Positions 55,638-64,000 of a stretch of DNA of 64,000 nucleotides are shown piece after piece; position 1 is the first letter of the stretch; each line of letters opens with the position of its first letter. The translations under genes and the position numbers were made by a program. The notes beneath the pieces were generated by a model. The model was not told the DNA's origin, searched no databases, and was given only the letters and a program-made list of their open reading frames with translations. Source of the DNA: an uncultured cyanobacterium (GTDB taxonomy: Bacteria; Cyanobacteriota; Cyanobacteriia; PCC-6307; Cyanobiaceae); NCBI GenBank assembly GCA_963765575.1, contig CAVXWZ010000011.1, forward strand, positions 512,001 to 576,000, given 5' to 3'.

Positions 55638-57200
55638 GTGACCTGCGCGCAGCCTGACTTCCGCCCGCCGGCCGAGGGTGCTTCGGCAGCGAACCCTGGC
55701 GGTCCGTTGGATGTGCTGATCGTGGGTGGTGGGGTGTGCGGCACGGCGCTGCTGTTTGCGCTGGCCCGCTACACCGACCTGTCCCGCATCGCCCTGGTGG
55801 AGCGCTACGACCAGCTGGCGCGGGTCAACTCCAGGGCCACCAACAACAGCCAGACGATCCACTGCGGCGACATCGAGACCAACTACACGCTCGACAAGGC
55901 CCTGACGGTGAAGCGCACGGCCGAGATGATCGTGCACTACGCGGAGTTGCTGGAGCCTGCGGTGCGGGAGCGCTGCGTGTTCCGCACCCCGAAGATGGTG
56001 CTGGCGGTGGGCGAGGCCGAGTGCGCCTGCCTGCGCGAGCGCTTCGCCCGCTTCTCCCCGCACTTTCCCGCCATGGAGCTGCTGGACAAAGAGCAGATCG
56101 CCCAGTGGGAGCCCCATGTGGTGTTGGTGGATGGCCAGCCGCGCGCGGAGGAGCTGGCGGCCATCGGCATCCGCAGCACCTACACCGCCGTCGACTACGA
56201 GGAGCTCTCCAGATCGTTTGTGGACCAGGCCCGCGCGGCGATCGCAGCGGCTGCCGCCCCGGGCGTCAGCGCCGATGGCAGTCCCGGCCGCAGCCTCGAT
56301 GGCGTCCCCGATGGCGCTGGACGCGAGCTGGAGGTGCAGCTCGCCACCACGGTCGAGAGCATCACTCCGGAGGGTGAGCTGTTCCGGGTGCGACTGACGC
56401 CGACGCCCGGCCTGAACGCCGACGGAGCCAGGGGTGGCGCCGGCGACGCCGGCCGCGAGCTGCTCGCCCGCCATGTGGTGGTGAACGCCGGCGCCCACAG
56501 CCTGCTGATGGCCCAGCGGATGGGCTATGGCCTGGAGTATTCCTGCCTGCCTGTTGCCGGCAGTTTTTACTTCACGCCCGATCTGCTGCGCGGCAAGGTC
56601 TACACGTTGCAGAACGACAAGTTGCCCTTTGCCGCCATCCACGGCGACCCCGATGTGCGGGCCCCCGGCAAGACCCGCTTCGGCCCCACGGCCCTGCTGC
56701 TGCCTTTGCTGGAGCGCTACCGGCCCGCCTCGTTCTGGGAGTTTCTGCAGGTGCTGCGACTCGACTGGGCGGTGCTGGCCGTGCTCTGGCAGTTGCTGGG
56801 TGTGGCTGACATCCGCAACTACATCGTCAGGAATCTGCTGTTTGAGCTGCCCTGGCTGCGGCGGCGCTTGTTTCTGGCCGATGCCCGCAAGATCGTTCCC
56901 GGCATGCGCCTGGACGACCTGCGCTTCGCCGCCGGCTACGGCGGCGTGCGCCCCCAGCTGATCGACAAGACCAATCGCCGCCTGATGCTCGGGGAGGCGA
57001 GCATTCCAGCCCGTCCGGGGCTGGTGTTCAACGTCACCCCGTCCCCCGGGGGCACCTGCTGCCTGGGCAACGCCGCCCGTGACCTGGAGGCGATCAGTGC
57101 TCGGCTGGGATGTCGCTTCGATCAGGGACGCCTGGCCCGTGAGCTCTACGGCGAGGTCGGCAACCCCAGCGCTCAGGCCGTGGCGACGGCCGGCGGCTGA
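55638..57200 (+). CDS. mqo: FAD-dependent malate:quinone oxidoreductase-like protein
   Basis: IVGGGVCG, NSQTIHCGDIETNY, LPFAAIHGDPD, FGPTA, GYGGVRPQ, NVTPSPGGT. Confidence 0.75.
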   Translation: MTCAQPDFRPPAEGASAANPGGPLDVLIVGGGVCGTALLFALARYTDLSRIALVERYDQLARVNSRATNNSQTIHCGDIETNYTLDKALTVKRTAEMIVHYAELLEPAVRERCVFRTPKMVLAVGEAECACLRERFARFSPHFPAMELLDKEQIAQWEPHVVLVDGQPRAEELAAIGIRSTYTAVDYEELSRSFVDQARAAIAAAAAPGVSADGSPGRSLDGVPDGAGRELEVQLATTVESITPEGELFRVRLTPTPGLNADGARGGAGDAGRELLARHVVVNAGAHSLLMAQRMGYGLEYSCLPVAGSFYFTPDLLRGKVYTLQNDKLPFAAIHGDPDVRAPGKTRFGPTALLLPLLERYRPASFWEFLQVLRLDWAVLAVLWQLLGVADIRNYIVRNLLFELPWLRRRLFLADARKIVPGMRLDDLRFAAGYGGVRPQLIDKTNRRLMLGEASIPARPGLVFNVTPSPGGTCCLGNAARDLEAISARLGCRFDQGRLARELYGEVGNPSAQAVATAGG

Positions 57201-58000
57201 GCGCTGGGCCTGTCGTCTTCGGGGGCCCCACCCCGGAAGAGATGGCGGTGGTCGGCGTTGTAAAGCCGGGAGCGGGCCTGCTGTGGCGCTGCCAGGGCCG
57301 GACTCACCACGTAGAGGGTGGTGCGGATCAGCTGCTGCTCCTGGCTCACCTTGGCCATGTCCGCAAGGGGCACCACGGTGATCCGCTGGTCGGGCCAGCT
57401 CACCCGGTAGGCGATCGCCACCGGTGTGTCGGCGGGGTAGTGGCGCAGCAATTCAGCCTGCACCTCATGCACATGGCGGGCGCTGAGGTACAGGCAGAGG
57501 GAGGCCTGCAGGGACGCCAGCCGGGCCAGGGATTCCCGTTCGGGCACACCCGTGCGGCCCGAGGCCCTGCTGAGCACAATGGTCTGCACCAGTCCCGGAA
57601 TCGTCAGTTCCTGCCCCAGGGCCGCCGCGGTGGCCTGGTAGGCGCTGAGGCCCGGCACCACCTCCACCTCCAGGCCGGCATCGGCAAGCCGGCACATCTG
57701 CTCGGCCAGGGCGCCGTAGAGGCAGGGGTCGCCATCGTGCAGCCGCACCACCCGCCGGCCCGCCCGGGCCCTCTGCACCACCTGCTCGAGCACCTGCTCC
57801 AGGGTGAGGGTGCTGGTGCGGATGCGCTCGCACTGGGCCGGTGCCAGCGCGGCGATCTGGGGATTGACGAGCGAATCGGTCCACACCAGCACCTCCGCCC
57901 GCTCGATCAGCCGGGCCGCCCGCAGGGTGAGCAGGTCGGGGGCGCCAGGGCCGGCGCCAACGATCCAGATCGGCTGACGCTGGGCTGCTGGGGCGCTCAC
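57173..58000 (-). CDS. cobM: Precorrin-4 C11-methyltransferase
   Basis: [47 protein letters not shown]. Confidence 0.94.
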   Translation of the reverse strand: MSAPAAQRQPIWIVGAGPGAPDLLTLRAARLIERAEVLVWTDSLVNPQIAALAPAQCERIRTSTLTLEQVLEQVVQRARAGRRVVRLHDGDPCLYGALAEQMCRLADAGLEVEVVPGLSAYQATAAALGQELTIPGLVQTIVLSRASGRTGVPERESLARLASLQASLCLYLSARHVHEVQAELLRHYPADTPVAIAYRVSWPDQRITVVPLADMAKVSQEQQLIRTTLYVVSPALAAPQQARSRLYNADHRHLFRGGAPEDDRPSAQPPAVATA

Positions 58001-58866
58001 GGTGTGGCTCCCGAGCCCACCCCGGAGGGATCAGGCAGGTTGCGGCCGCGGCCCAGCAGCCACCACAGCCCAAGCGCGCCAAGGGCGATCAGCACCAGGC
58101 TCATCAGCTGGGCCATGCGCAGGCCCCCCTCGCAGAAGGGTGGTTCAGCAAACAGGCAGAGGGGATCGATGCGCAGGCCCTCGATCCACACCCTGCCGCT
58201 GCTGTAGGCCATCAGATACACGCAGCTGAGGGCTCCGGCCGGCAGCTGAATCCGGCCCCGGCTCGCCTGCCGGAAGAGCAGCAGCAGCAGCACGGCAACG
58301 CCGACGTTCCAGAGCGATTCGTAGAGAAAGGTGGGGTGGAAATAGAGCTGCTCGAGGAATTCCGGCGTGCGGTTGGCGGCGGGGATCTTCAGCTTCCAGG
58401 GCAGCTGGGTGGGCAGGCCGTAGGCCTCGGAGTTGAAGAAATTTCCCCAGCGACCGATCGCCTGTCCGAGGGCCACCGACGGCACCAGCACGTCAAGCAG
58501 GGGCCAGAAGGGCTGGCGGCGCCAGCGGCAGAAGAGGATCGCCGTGAGCGCGCCACCGATCAGGGCGCCGTGGATGGCGATGCCGCCGCGCCAGATCGAG
58601 AGCACATCCACCCAGTTGGAGGAGTACTGGCGCCATTCCAGAACCACGTAGTAAAGGCGGGCGCCCAGGACGGCGCCGAGCACGAGCAGGGGCAGCAGAT
58701 CGGCGATCAGGGCTGGATCGATTCCCCGGGCCCGGGCCAGTCGGCTGGAGAGCAACAGCCCCACCAGCACCGCCAGGGCGATCAGCAGCCCATACCAGCG
58801 CAGGGCAAAGGGGCCCCACTGAAACACCAGGGGCCCTGGAGAGGTGAAGACGGAGAGGACGGACAA
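57997..58866 (-). CDS. lgt: Prolipoprotein diacylglyceryl transferase
   Basis: [40 protein letters not shown]. Confidence 0.96.
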   Translation of the reverse strand: MSVLSVFTSPGPLVFQWGPFALRWYGLLIALAVLVGLLLSSRLARARGIDPALIADLLPLLVLGAVLGARLYYVVLEWRQYSSNWVDVLSIWRGGIAIHGALIGGALTAILFCRWRRQPFWPLLDVLVPSVALGQAIGRWGNFFNSEAYGLPTQLPWKLKIPAANRTPEFLEQLYFHPTFLYESLWNVGVAVLLLLLFRQASRGRIQLPAGALSCVYLMAYSSGRVWIEGLRIDPLCLFAEPPFCEGGLRMAQLMSLVLIALGALGLWWLLGRGRNLPDPSGVGSGATP

Positions 58867-58879
58867 GGGGGAAGGACGC

Positions 58880-59836
58880 TCAGACGATGCCTTCGGCGGC
58901 CTGAACCTTCTCCACCTGGCGCTTCTTCAGCACCAGCAGGATCTGGGCGACAGCGATGGCGCCGAAGAAGGCCAGCAGGCCAAGGATGCGCTGGGGGTTC
59001 TGCAACACGACCTCGGCATCGAGCTGACCAAAGCCGCCCACGTTGGGGTCGCTGGTCAGGGGAGCGCCAGCGGCGACCGGATCACCAATGGCGACCGCCA
59101 GAGCCGGACCGGCTGGGATGGTCTCACTGACGCTGCTGCCGTCAGCGGTGCTGATCTCCACCACACTGGCGCCGTTGTCGCCGGCGCTGATGGCGGCGAT
59201 GGTACCGGCGGCTGGGGCCGTGAAGACGGCGTTGTTGCTCTTCTCGCCGGTGGGATACACCTGGCCCCGGCCGCGGTTGCCGCCCACATGCAGCTGGTAC
59301 TTGCCGAAGTGGATGCTGCTGTCGGTGGCGGGATCGGGAGAGAGCACCGGGAAGACGATCTCGCGGTGGTCATCTCCGGGCAGGGGACCCACCAGCAGGA
59401 TGTTGGGCTGATCGTCGGAATATTGGCTGTAGTAGACGCCGGCCGTCTCCTCCTTGAGCTCGTCGCTGAGGCGATCCTGGGGCGCCAGTGTGAAACCGTC
59501 GGGGAGCATCACCACCGCCCCCACGTTCAGGCCGGTGCTGCTGCCGTCCCCGGCCACCTGCTGCACCGAGGTGTCATAGGGGATCTCCACCACGGCCTTG
59601 AACACGGTGTCAGGGAAGACCGCCTGGGGCACCTCCACGCGGGTGGGCATCTTGGCCAGGTGACAGTTGGCGCAGACGAGCTTGCCGGTGGCTTCGCGCG
59701 GCGAGTCGTAGTTCTGCTGGGCCCAGAAGGGGTAGGCCCAGCTGGGGGCCGCGGCTGAGACCAGCAGCGCCAGGGCCAGGGTGGCGCCCAGCAGGGACCG
59801 CAGCAGCGAGGCAAGGGATGGAACGGTGGGGCGCAT
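58880..59836 (-). CDS. petA: Apocytochrome f
   Basis: [50 protein letters not shown]. Confidence 0.98.
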   Translation of the reverse strand: MRPTVPSLASLLRSLLGATLALALLVSAAAPSWAYPFWAQQNYDSPREATGKLVCANCHLAKMPTRVEVPQAVFPDTVFKAVVEIPYDTSVQQVAGDGSSTGLNVGAVVMLPDGFTLAPQDRLSDELKEETAGVYYSQYSDDQPNILLVGPLPGDDHREIVFPVLSPDPATDSSIHFGKYQLHVGGNRGRGQVYPTGEKSNNAVFTAPAAGTIAAISAGDNGASVVEISTADGSSVSETIPAGPALAVAIGDPVAAGAPLTSDPNVGGFGQLDAEVVLQNPQRILGLLAFFGAIAVAQILLVLKKRQVEKVQAAEGIV

Positions 59837-59880
59837 CGGGGAGTGGGGACGACAGGGCAGGACGGATCAGGGAGCCGGGA

Positions 59881-60429
59881 TCAGGCCCACCAGGGCTTGT
59901 CGCCGGAGCGGAAATCGGTTTCGGTCCACTGGCTGAGAAACACCTTGTCGTCGTCGACCGACACATGGGCCAGGGCCAGGGAGAGGGGCGCCGGACCGCG
60001 CACCACCTTGCCCGTGGCGTCGTATTGGGAGCCGTGACAGGGGCAGATGAACTTGTTGGCGCCGCTGTTCCAGGGCACCACACAGCCCAGGTGGGTGCAG
60101 ATGGCATTGATGCCGTAACTGCCGATGGCTTCGTCACCTTCGACGAGCAGGTAGGTGGGGTCCCCCTTGAGACCCTGCACCAGGCTGCGATCGCCCTCCT
60201 TGTGGCTGCTCACCCAGCCGCTGGCGGTGACAGGATTCCCCAGCTCGTCCTTGGCGGAGGTGCCGCCGCCGGAGCCGCCGACGCGGGGCGGGATGAAATA
60301 GCGCGCAACTGGGTAGAGAGCACCGAGGGCAACACCCGTGACGGACCCGAAGGTCAGCAGATTCATGAACTGCCTCCGGCCCATTCCGGGCACTTCACTG
60401 CCTGAGGCGCTCGCTGGAATCTGGGTCAT
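59881..60429 (-). CDS. petC: Cytochrome b6f Rieske iron-sulfur subunit
   Basis: RRQFMNLL Tat signal, [22 protein letters not shown]. Confidence 0.97.
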   Translation of the reverse strand: MTQIPASASGSEVPGMGRRQFMNLLTFGSVTGVALGALYPVARYFIPPRVGGSGGGTSAKDELGNPVTASGWVSSHKEGDRSLVQGLKGDPTYLLVEGDEAIGSYGINAICTHLGCVVPWNSGANKFICPCHGSQYDATGKVVRGPAPLSLALAHVSVDDDKVFLSQWTETDFRSGDKPWWA

Positions 60430-60494
60430 GCGGAGCTGCTCCTTGGAGCCACAGCAACGTGCGTGCCACCTTAAGGCCTGCCCCACCCCTGCCC

Positions 60495-60854
60495 GTGTCC
60501 GCCGATCGCCGGGACGACCAGCCCCCCGCTGCCGCCACTCCGCTCAGCGGCAGCGAGCTGATTGCGGTGCTGCGCTGCCGCTGGCAGGCGTCCTACGACC
60601 TGCAGGTGGTTCAGCGACGCGGGCGTCTGTACCTGCAGGTGATGTGGGCCTACCTGGAACAGCAGTCGTTCCCGCTCAGCCCCGAGGCCTATGCGGGTCG
60701 GCTGGAGGAGGTGGCCGCCCGTCTCAACGGCATGGGGGTGGCCGTTCAGGTGCGCCGCTGGCTGCTCACCACCAGCGGCAGGCCGCGACTGGGCCGCGCC
60801 CTGACCTTGGCTCTGGATCTGCCCTCCGGGCGTGCGGCGGAATTTCTGCTGTAG
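60495..60854 (+). CDS. DUF3067 family protein
   Basis: [26 protein letters not shown]; divergent from petC. Confidence 0.82.
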   Translation: MSADRRDDQPPAAATPLSGSELIAVLRCRWQASYDLQVVQRRGRLYLQVMWAYLEQQSFPLSPEAYAGRLEEVAARLNGMGVAVQVRRWLLTTSGRPRLGRALTLALDLPSGRAAEFLL

Positions 60855-60973
60855 GGCCCCAGGGGGTGCGTTCCGCGCAATCAGGTGTTAGCAAGCGCTC
60901 CGGGGCGTGTTCCCCAGCCCGGGCCGCGAGCCGGACCGGTGTCCTAGCCAACCCTTCAGCCCCCGCCTGACCG

Positions 60974-61852
60974 ATGACGAGCCCCACGTCCGTGCCCAGG
61001 CACTGCCTTGCCGCTCGGCTCGGATCATCCATGGGTGCCCTGGTGGCCCTCTCGCTGGTGCTGGCCATGCCCGCAGAGGCGGCCCGCTTTGAGGCCATCT
61101 GCGGCGACGAGCGCTGCACGATCGAGCTCACTGAGAGCGGCTTTCTGGGCCCCGCTGGCCTGATTCCTCCCGACCAGATCGTTCAGTGGAATGCATTGGG
61201 CTGGAAAAATCACAACGCATTGGTTTCGTCCCTGGGGGCGACCGGAGGCGCCGTGACCGGGACCGTTGTCGGGGCTCTGGCCACCTGCTGGACCCTGATC
61301 GCCTGCCCGATCGGGATCCTGGCCGGCGCCGTGGTGGGCGGCGTGGCCGGCTCGCGGGCGGGCAAGACGGCCGACTACCAGTTTTCGGTGGAGGGGTATG
61401 ACGCCAGCGGCACGAAGCTCACGGAGAATTTCCGCTTCATCAACGCCAAGCCCGTGCCGGGGCTGGTGGAGCAGCTCACGGCGATCTCGGGTCTGGAGAT
61501 GGGCGTGCAGCGGCAGGTGGCCATCGCCGAGCCCCAGCGCCGGCCCCAGCCCCGCCCCAGCCGACCCACGCTGACCCCTCCAGTGCCGCTGACCCCTCCA
61601 GTGCCGATGCCCCCACGTCAGCCAGTGGCGGCACCGCCCGCGCACGCTCCACTGCCCGATTCAGCCACAGGAGCAAGCCCGCTGCCGATGGCAGCCCCAC
61701 CGGTGGCACCGCCGTGGGGCGAGCCTGCAGCGCCGGTGGCAGGGCCTGACGCCCCCCTGGCGATTGAAGGGACCGAGGCCACACCCAAGGCTGAAATGCC
61801 GCTGCTCGATGACGCCATCGATCCCTATCAGGGCACGCTGCTGCTCCCCTGA
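60974..61852 (+). CDS. Exported hypothetical protein with glycine-zipper-like segment and Pro-rich tail
   Basis: Signal peptide ending AEA; GATGGAVTGTVVG..GILAGAVVGGVAG; LTPPVP repeat. Confidence 0.7.
   Translation: MTSPTSVPRHCLAARLGSSMGALVALSLVLAMPAEAARFEAICGDERCTIELTESGFLGPAGLIPPDQIVQWNALGWKNHNALVSSLGATGGAVTGTVVGALATCWTLIACPIGILAGAVVGGVAGSRAGKTADYQFSVEGYDASGTKLTENFRFINAKPVPGLVEQLTAISGLEMGVQRQVAIAEPQRRPQPRPSRPTLTPPVPLTPPVPMPPRQPVAAPPAHAPLPDSATGASPLPMAAPPVAPPWGEPAAPVAGPDAPLAIEGTEATPKAEMPLLDDAIDPYQGTLLLP
61570..61605. repeat. 18-bp perfect tandem duplication (LTPPVP x2)
   Basis: GCTGACCCCTCCAGTGCC repeated twice. Confidence 0.85.
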
Positions 61853-62721
61853 GGTGAGGGTTGCAGCCGTTCCACCACGGCCACCAGGGCCACGCCGATC
61901 AGGAACAGGCCGCTGATGGCAGCACTCAGCAGGAGCATGGTCACGGGGTCGGTGGAGGGGGTGAGCACCGCCCCGGAAATGGCCGAGATCAGCACCACCC
62001 AGCGCCAGCTGGAGAGCATCGTGCGAGCGCGGATCAGCTTCAGTGCGCCAAGGATCAGCTGCAGCACCGGCAGCTGGAAGGCCAGTGCCGTGGCCACCAT
62101 CAGCAGCAGCACGAAGTCGAGGTAGCGCTCGATCGACCAGCTCGGCTCCACCACGTCGGCGCCGTAGCTCACCAGGAAGCGCAGGGCGGCGGGCACCAGG
62201 GCCCACCAGGCGAAGGCCAGGCCGGCGGCGAACAGCAGCGCTGAGCCGGCGACTGCAGGGGCCACCAGCCGGCGTTCCCGCCGGCTCAGCCCGGGCAGCA
62301 CGAAGGCCAGGATCTCGTAGAGCACCCACGGCAGGGCGAGGGTGAGACCGCTGTAACCGGCCACTTTCAGGGACACGAACAGAAACTCACCCGGGGCCAG
62401 CTGCAGGAAGCGGATGCCGTCGGCGGGCATCTCCAGCAGCCGCACCAGGGGCTTGACCACCACCAGGCAGCCCGCCGCCGCCACCACCACGGCCAGCAGG
62501 CTGCGCAGCACCCGGCGTCGCAGTTCCTCCAGGTGGTCCACCAGGCTCATCTCCACCTCGCCCGGAAAGTCGTCGCCGCTGGCCTTGGCCGTGGTGGCGG
62601 CGCCCGCCACCCGGATCGCCGGCGGTGGCGGCAGGGCCGTCGGTGCAGCCGCCTCGCGGGAGGCCTTGGTGCCGCCCGGAGTGCCGGCCTGGTCGGTGGC
62701 GTCGGAAGGGGAGCTGGTCAT
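61828..62721 (-). CDS. tatC: Twin-arginine translocase subunit TatC
   Basis: MSL.DHLEELR.R, PGE, FVLPGL...E, FQLP, A.LTP..DP.TM. Confidence 0.96.
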   Translation of the reverse strand: MTSSPSDATDQAGTPGGTKASREAAAPTALPPPPAIRVAGAATTAKASGDDFPGEVEMSLVDHLEELRRRVLRSLLAVVVAAAGCLVVVKPLVRLLEMPADGIRFLQLAPGEFLFVSLKVAGYSGLTLALPWVLYEILAFVLPGLSRRERRLVAPAVAGSALLFAAGLAFAWWALVPAALRFLVSYGADVVEPSWSIERYLDFVLLLMVATALAFQLPVLQLILGALKLIRARTMLSSWRWVVLISAISGAVLTPSTDPVTMLLLSAAISGLFLIGVALVAVVERLQPSPQGSSSVP

Positions 62722-64000
62722 GGCTGCCGGGGTTGGAGCAGGCTAAGGGCGCGCTGTGGTTCGCCCCAGAGCACCTCTCCGCCACGGTGGCGCACCGTGC
62801 CGGGCGCGGCGCCGGGGATGCGCTGCAACTCCTCCACAGGCACCATCACCACCGGCACCCGCCCATTGCCCCGGCCCCGGCTGAAATGGGCGGCCAGGTC
62901 GGCGGCGCACTGCAGGTCGTGATCGCCCGCCGGGGCCTCGGAACTCTTGAGCACCACGTGGCTGCCGGGCAGTTCCTGGGCATGGAACCAGAGGTCCCCC
63001 CGACGGGCCTGGCGGAAGACGATCCACTCGTTCTGGCGGTGGTTGCGGCCCACCTGCAGCGTCAGCCCCCCCGGGCTGATCAGCTCCAGGGGTTGGGGCT
63101 GCCCCTCCCGCCCCTGGCCAGCGCCCCGCCGCGACGGCCTGCCCCGGCGGCCGCCGGGGTGCTGGTGCTCCTCCAGATCCCGGCCCAGGCCCCGCAGCGC
63201 CTCAAGATCATCCGCCTGCTCCAGGTAGGTGAGGCTGGCCTCCAGCCAGGCCAGGCGCTGCCCGTGCCAGCCCAGTCGCTCCTCGATGGCGGCCACGGAG
63301 CGCCGCCGCCTGCGGGCCTGGCGGTAGAGCTTCTGGGCGGTGTCGATGCAGCTGCGGCTGGGCTGGAACTGGCTCAGCAGGGCATCGGCCTGCAGCTGCA
63401 GGGCCTCGCTCTCCGGCACGGCATCGAGCAGGGCCTGCTGGCTGCCGGCCTGCTGCTGCTCGCGCCGCAGCAGCCGCTCCAGCTGCTGCTGCAGCTGCCG
63501 GCGCTGCTGGCTCAGGCTCTGCCGGCCAGGGCGCTGGGCATAGAAGTTGGCCAGGCCCCGGTTGATCGGCATCGCCATCGCCGCGGCGGGCGGCTCATTC
63601 GCCGCACGGTGGCGCCGGCGCTCCAGCAGCGGTAAGCCCTCAGCGTCGCCCTGCCAGCAGAAGCGCTCGGCCTCCACCGCCTCCAGCCAGGCCTGCCACT
63701 GCTGCCAGAGGAGGTCCCACTGGTGGGGCTGCAGCTCCGTCACTGGCTGCTGCAGCCAGTCCTGCGGTGCCAGCTGGCGGGCCAGGGCCGGGCTGATGCC
63801 CTGGTAGGCGCTGCGCAGGGCCCGCTCCAGGGGCAGCGGCAGCAGCACTACCCGCTGTCGCCAGCACTCGAAGCTCTCGCCGCGGCTGGGCGGGGCCCCG
63901 TCGAGGGGTGGTGGCGGCTGGTAGGAATCGCCGGTGCCGATCGGCCGCAACCGCGACTGGGCCGTCCGCACCTGGCGGCCCAGCGCCACCACCTGGCGGC
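62718..64000 (-). CDS. NFACT/RqcH (fibronectin-binding protein A-like), 5'-truncated by window
   Basis: C-terminal VGRNHRQNE, DLWFH.Q..PGSHV, AA.LAA.FS, PG.V (NFACT-R domain) after a coiled coil. Confidence 0.87.
   Translation of the reverse strand, partial: RQVVALGRQVRTAQSRLRPIGTGDSYQPPPPLDGAPPSRGESFECWRQRVVLLPLPLERALRSAYQGISPALARQLAPQDWLQQPVTELQPHQWDLLWQQWQAWLEAVEAERFCWQGDAEGLPLLERRRHRAANEPPAAAMAMPINRGLANFYAQRPGRQSLSQQRRQLQQQLERLLRREQQQAGSQQALLDAVPESEALQLQADALLSQFQPSRSCIDTAQKLYRQARRRRRSVAAIEERLGWHGQRLAWLEASLTYLEQADDLEALRGLGRDLEEHQHPGGRRGRPSRRGAGQGREGQPQPLELISPGGLTLQVGRNHRQNEWIVFRQARRGDLWFHAQELPGSHVVLKSSEAPAGDHDLQCAADLAAHFSRGRGNGRVPVVMVPVEELQRIPGAAPGTVRHRGGEVLWGEPQRALSLLQPRQP

Overview
A very GC-rich, densely coded stretch of core chromosome from a picocyanobacterium (Cyanobium / Synechococcus cluster-5 type). 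The assignment rests on petCA, ndhB, the ctaCDE and ctaAB clusters, Ycf46, Vipp1/PspA, a cyanobacterial AbrB-like protein and typical gene order. It holds about 67 protein genes and one tRNA-Val(CAC). I found no rRNA, CRISPR array, integrase, transposase or prophage. At least six genes (lpdA, murE, a class V PLP lyase, a secreted hypothetical, sppA and the groEL2 tail) are split by small frame-breaking indels, most likely long-read consensus errors. The most unusual element is a frame-split, compositionally atypical secreted protein at 8557-9587 with a long GxxxG repeat, an Asn/Trp/Gly-rich segment and an in-phase A_AAA_AAG slippery site. Also notable are a 59-aa membrane protein missing from the ORF track, a His/Met tandem-repeat insert in CtaC, an AT3-rich patch inside ctaD, and a Helicobacter/apicomplexan-type malate:quinone oxidoreductase beside the tRNA. 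I do not see a clearly novel multi-gene system. All product calls come from motif recognition only; no database searches were run.
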